A stretch of 64,000 nt of DNA from the human T2T-CHM13v2.0 reference genome, Homo sapiens: NCBI RefSeq assembly GCF_009914755.1, contig NC_060926.1. One strand, given 5' to 3'. Made by a program: the position numbers and the translations under genes. A model generated the notes under the pieces. The model searched no databases and was not told the origin of the DNA. It saw only the letters and a program-made list of their open reading frames with translations. Shown here one piece after another: positions 62,051-64,000 of the stretch; position 1 is the first letter of the stretch, and each line of letters begins with the position of its first letter.

Positions 62051-63321
62051 TTTGAAATAGTAAATAAGCCAGATAGCCTGTGTTCTATATAATACTATAT
62101 CTAACTTTCTTTCTTAATGACTCTTAATTTTTTTTAAAGTTACTACAAGTAACTTGATTTTCCTAACTCAGGAAAAAAATTTCAAGCTGCTGAAAAAATT
62201 TAACCTGCAATAATGCAAATATAACAGGAATACAAAACTATGTGTTATTTTTTAAATTTATTTTAAAAATTTATTTTTTAAATGAGATTATTTAAAACGT
62301 GCATAAGTTTTATTAAAAGCAAATGGAAAACGTGCAGGGAAATGGACATAAAGGATAGAGGTTTGAGGCAGAATGAATATTTTATATTGACACATGCATA
62401 AAAGCACAAAATGAACATTTTTCCACAGGAAATTTAGGTAATTTGCATTCGCAGAAATTCATTACAGGAGTCCCCCACGGTGGCCCAGTGGCTGAGAAGC
62501 CTTCTCCCAAGGGAGACTCAGACATGCAGGCACATGGCTTTCCCCAAGGAGGTACTCAGACACGCAGCTCTAGCCTCCAACTCTTCCTTCTATAACTGTA
62601 TCTTCAATCGTCTACTTTTACATAATCTCTTTCCCCTTTCAAACTTCCTTGGTTCACTCCCCCACATTTGGCCCTGCTCTGGTTTCCAAGACCAGGTCTT
62701 TTGCTGAGCAGGGAAAATAAAAAGAATGCTGCAGAAATAGTAAATAGTCCAGCCCCGTTTCAGTTTTCCTGCTCTCCCTTCAATGCCTGAGTCCCCTTTG
62801 AGAGCTGAGTTATCCCTCCACCCACCCAAGCTCCTCCAAAGCTATAGACCCCTTCCAGCTTCCACTCCCATAGCCTCAGACTATCCCTCCACTAATGAGC
62901 TCTTTCATCTCCCTTGATTTTTAGCCTCACCTTTGTGGGTCTCAGTTTTGGCTCCCAGATACCTTAATCTCACTGTCTCTGCACCAACTAAAACTATAGC
63001 CATAATTAAATAGGTAACTCTATCTTCAATCCTGTCAATGTTTACATCATCCTTTTGCCCTTTCAGATTTCCTGGACTCCAAGTCCTAATGTTCTACTAC
63101 CCTGTTGGCCAAGATGCCCCATTCACCTTTGTACCTTCAATACAGTCTTGCTTTTGCTTCTACCTTCTCCATGGCCCATGACCTCTGAGCCCTGTTCTCT
63201 GCTAGATAAATCTTATCAATTTAGGCATTTGCTACCAATGGGTAAAGTTATTAAAAGAACTTTTACCTAATAAGTACTCAATTGATTATTTATCTTATCT
63301 ATCTCCATATTTGCCTCTAAA

Positions 63322-63324
<3 letters not shown>

Positions 63325-63362
<38 letters not shown>
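63325..63362. repeat. (TG)~19 microsatellite
   Basis: Direct reading. Confidence 0.97.
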
Positions 63363-63363
<1 letters not shown>

Positions 63364-64000
63364 TAAAATTAATGAAGGAGTTCCCATCATAAAAAGGTAT
63401 TAATTTAAAACCAAATTGGGAAAAACCTGCATTGCCTGTATTGTGAGTCTTACTAATGGCTTTTATAATAGGCATATCTGGGAGAGGCTCAGGAGAGATC
63501 TTAAACTGAGGTAGATGGGCATGTTAAAGAGAAGCAAAGGTCCATTCCACTTGCCCTCTACAGACAGGAGGATGCTTAATTCACTCAATAGGATTTTGGC
63601 AAATGAAATAACAAAGTGGCATAGCTTCTTATGTTCCAAAAGAAACTTTAAATTTGAAGTCTCAGATAACTCACACTCTAAAAATATGAGGATCCCTTCC
63701 AGAAATGTAGCCATGCCAACAGTGCTCACAGGTACAAATGCTATCTGCTTAAAGCAGAAGAAAAGGGAAAATGGGAAGCAGAATATCCTGAATATTCAGT
63801 CTAAATTTGAGTGATTTTGGCCACAAGAAATCTACTATCACCAGGCTGTCCATTACAATTCTAAGAGTAAAAAACGAAAATTCAGACCTTCTTACGATGG
63901 ATCGTATAGTCAGGTGGAAGGTGGCAGAGTGAAAAGCCGGCCCAGTTACTAGGGCCAGGAGTCATTACAGACACTGACAGTGATGCTTCCACAGGTACTG

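Overview
Primate (most likely human or great-ape) genomic DNA, AT-rich and CpG-poor. The only protein-coding sequence I can support is one 106-bp internal exon on the + strand (1646-1751). It encodes KQDNNTRIEAVKSLVQKLPPPNRDTMKVLFGHLT, which I recognise as part of the C-terminal RhoGAP domain of ARHGAP15 (penultimate coding exon, human 2q22). The rest is the end of the previous intron and more than 62 kb of the last intron; I did not find the terminal exon (expected ...NLMSTQSLGIVFGPTL...) in the window. The intron holds nine Alus, a full-length THE1A with target-site duplication (TSD), a deleted two-LTR ERVL, a 5'-inverted L1, MLT1 solo LTRs, hAT/Tigger MITEs and many MIR/L2/L1M fragments. 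The most interesting items are a well-preserved AmnSINE1 (Deu-domain) element that is a candidate exapted enhancer, several repeat-free stretches rich in homeodomain/TALE motifs, an intact DUX4 motif in the antisense-pointing THE1A 5' LTR, a possible GAP-truncating intronic polyadenylation route, and three cases of short sequence apparently copied from 1-4 kb away. I see no CRISPR array, RNA gene or novel multi-gene system. Repeat family names come from memory of consensus sequences, not from a search, and old-repeat boundaries are approximate.
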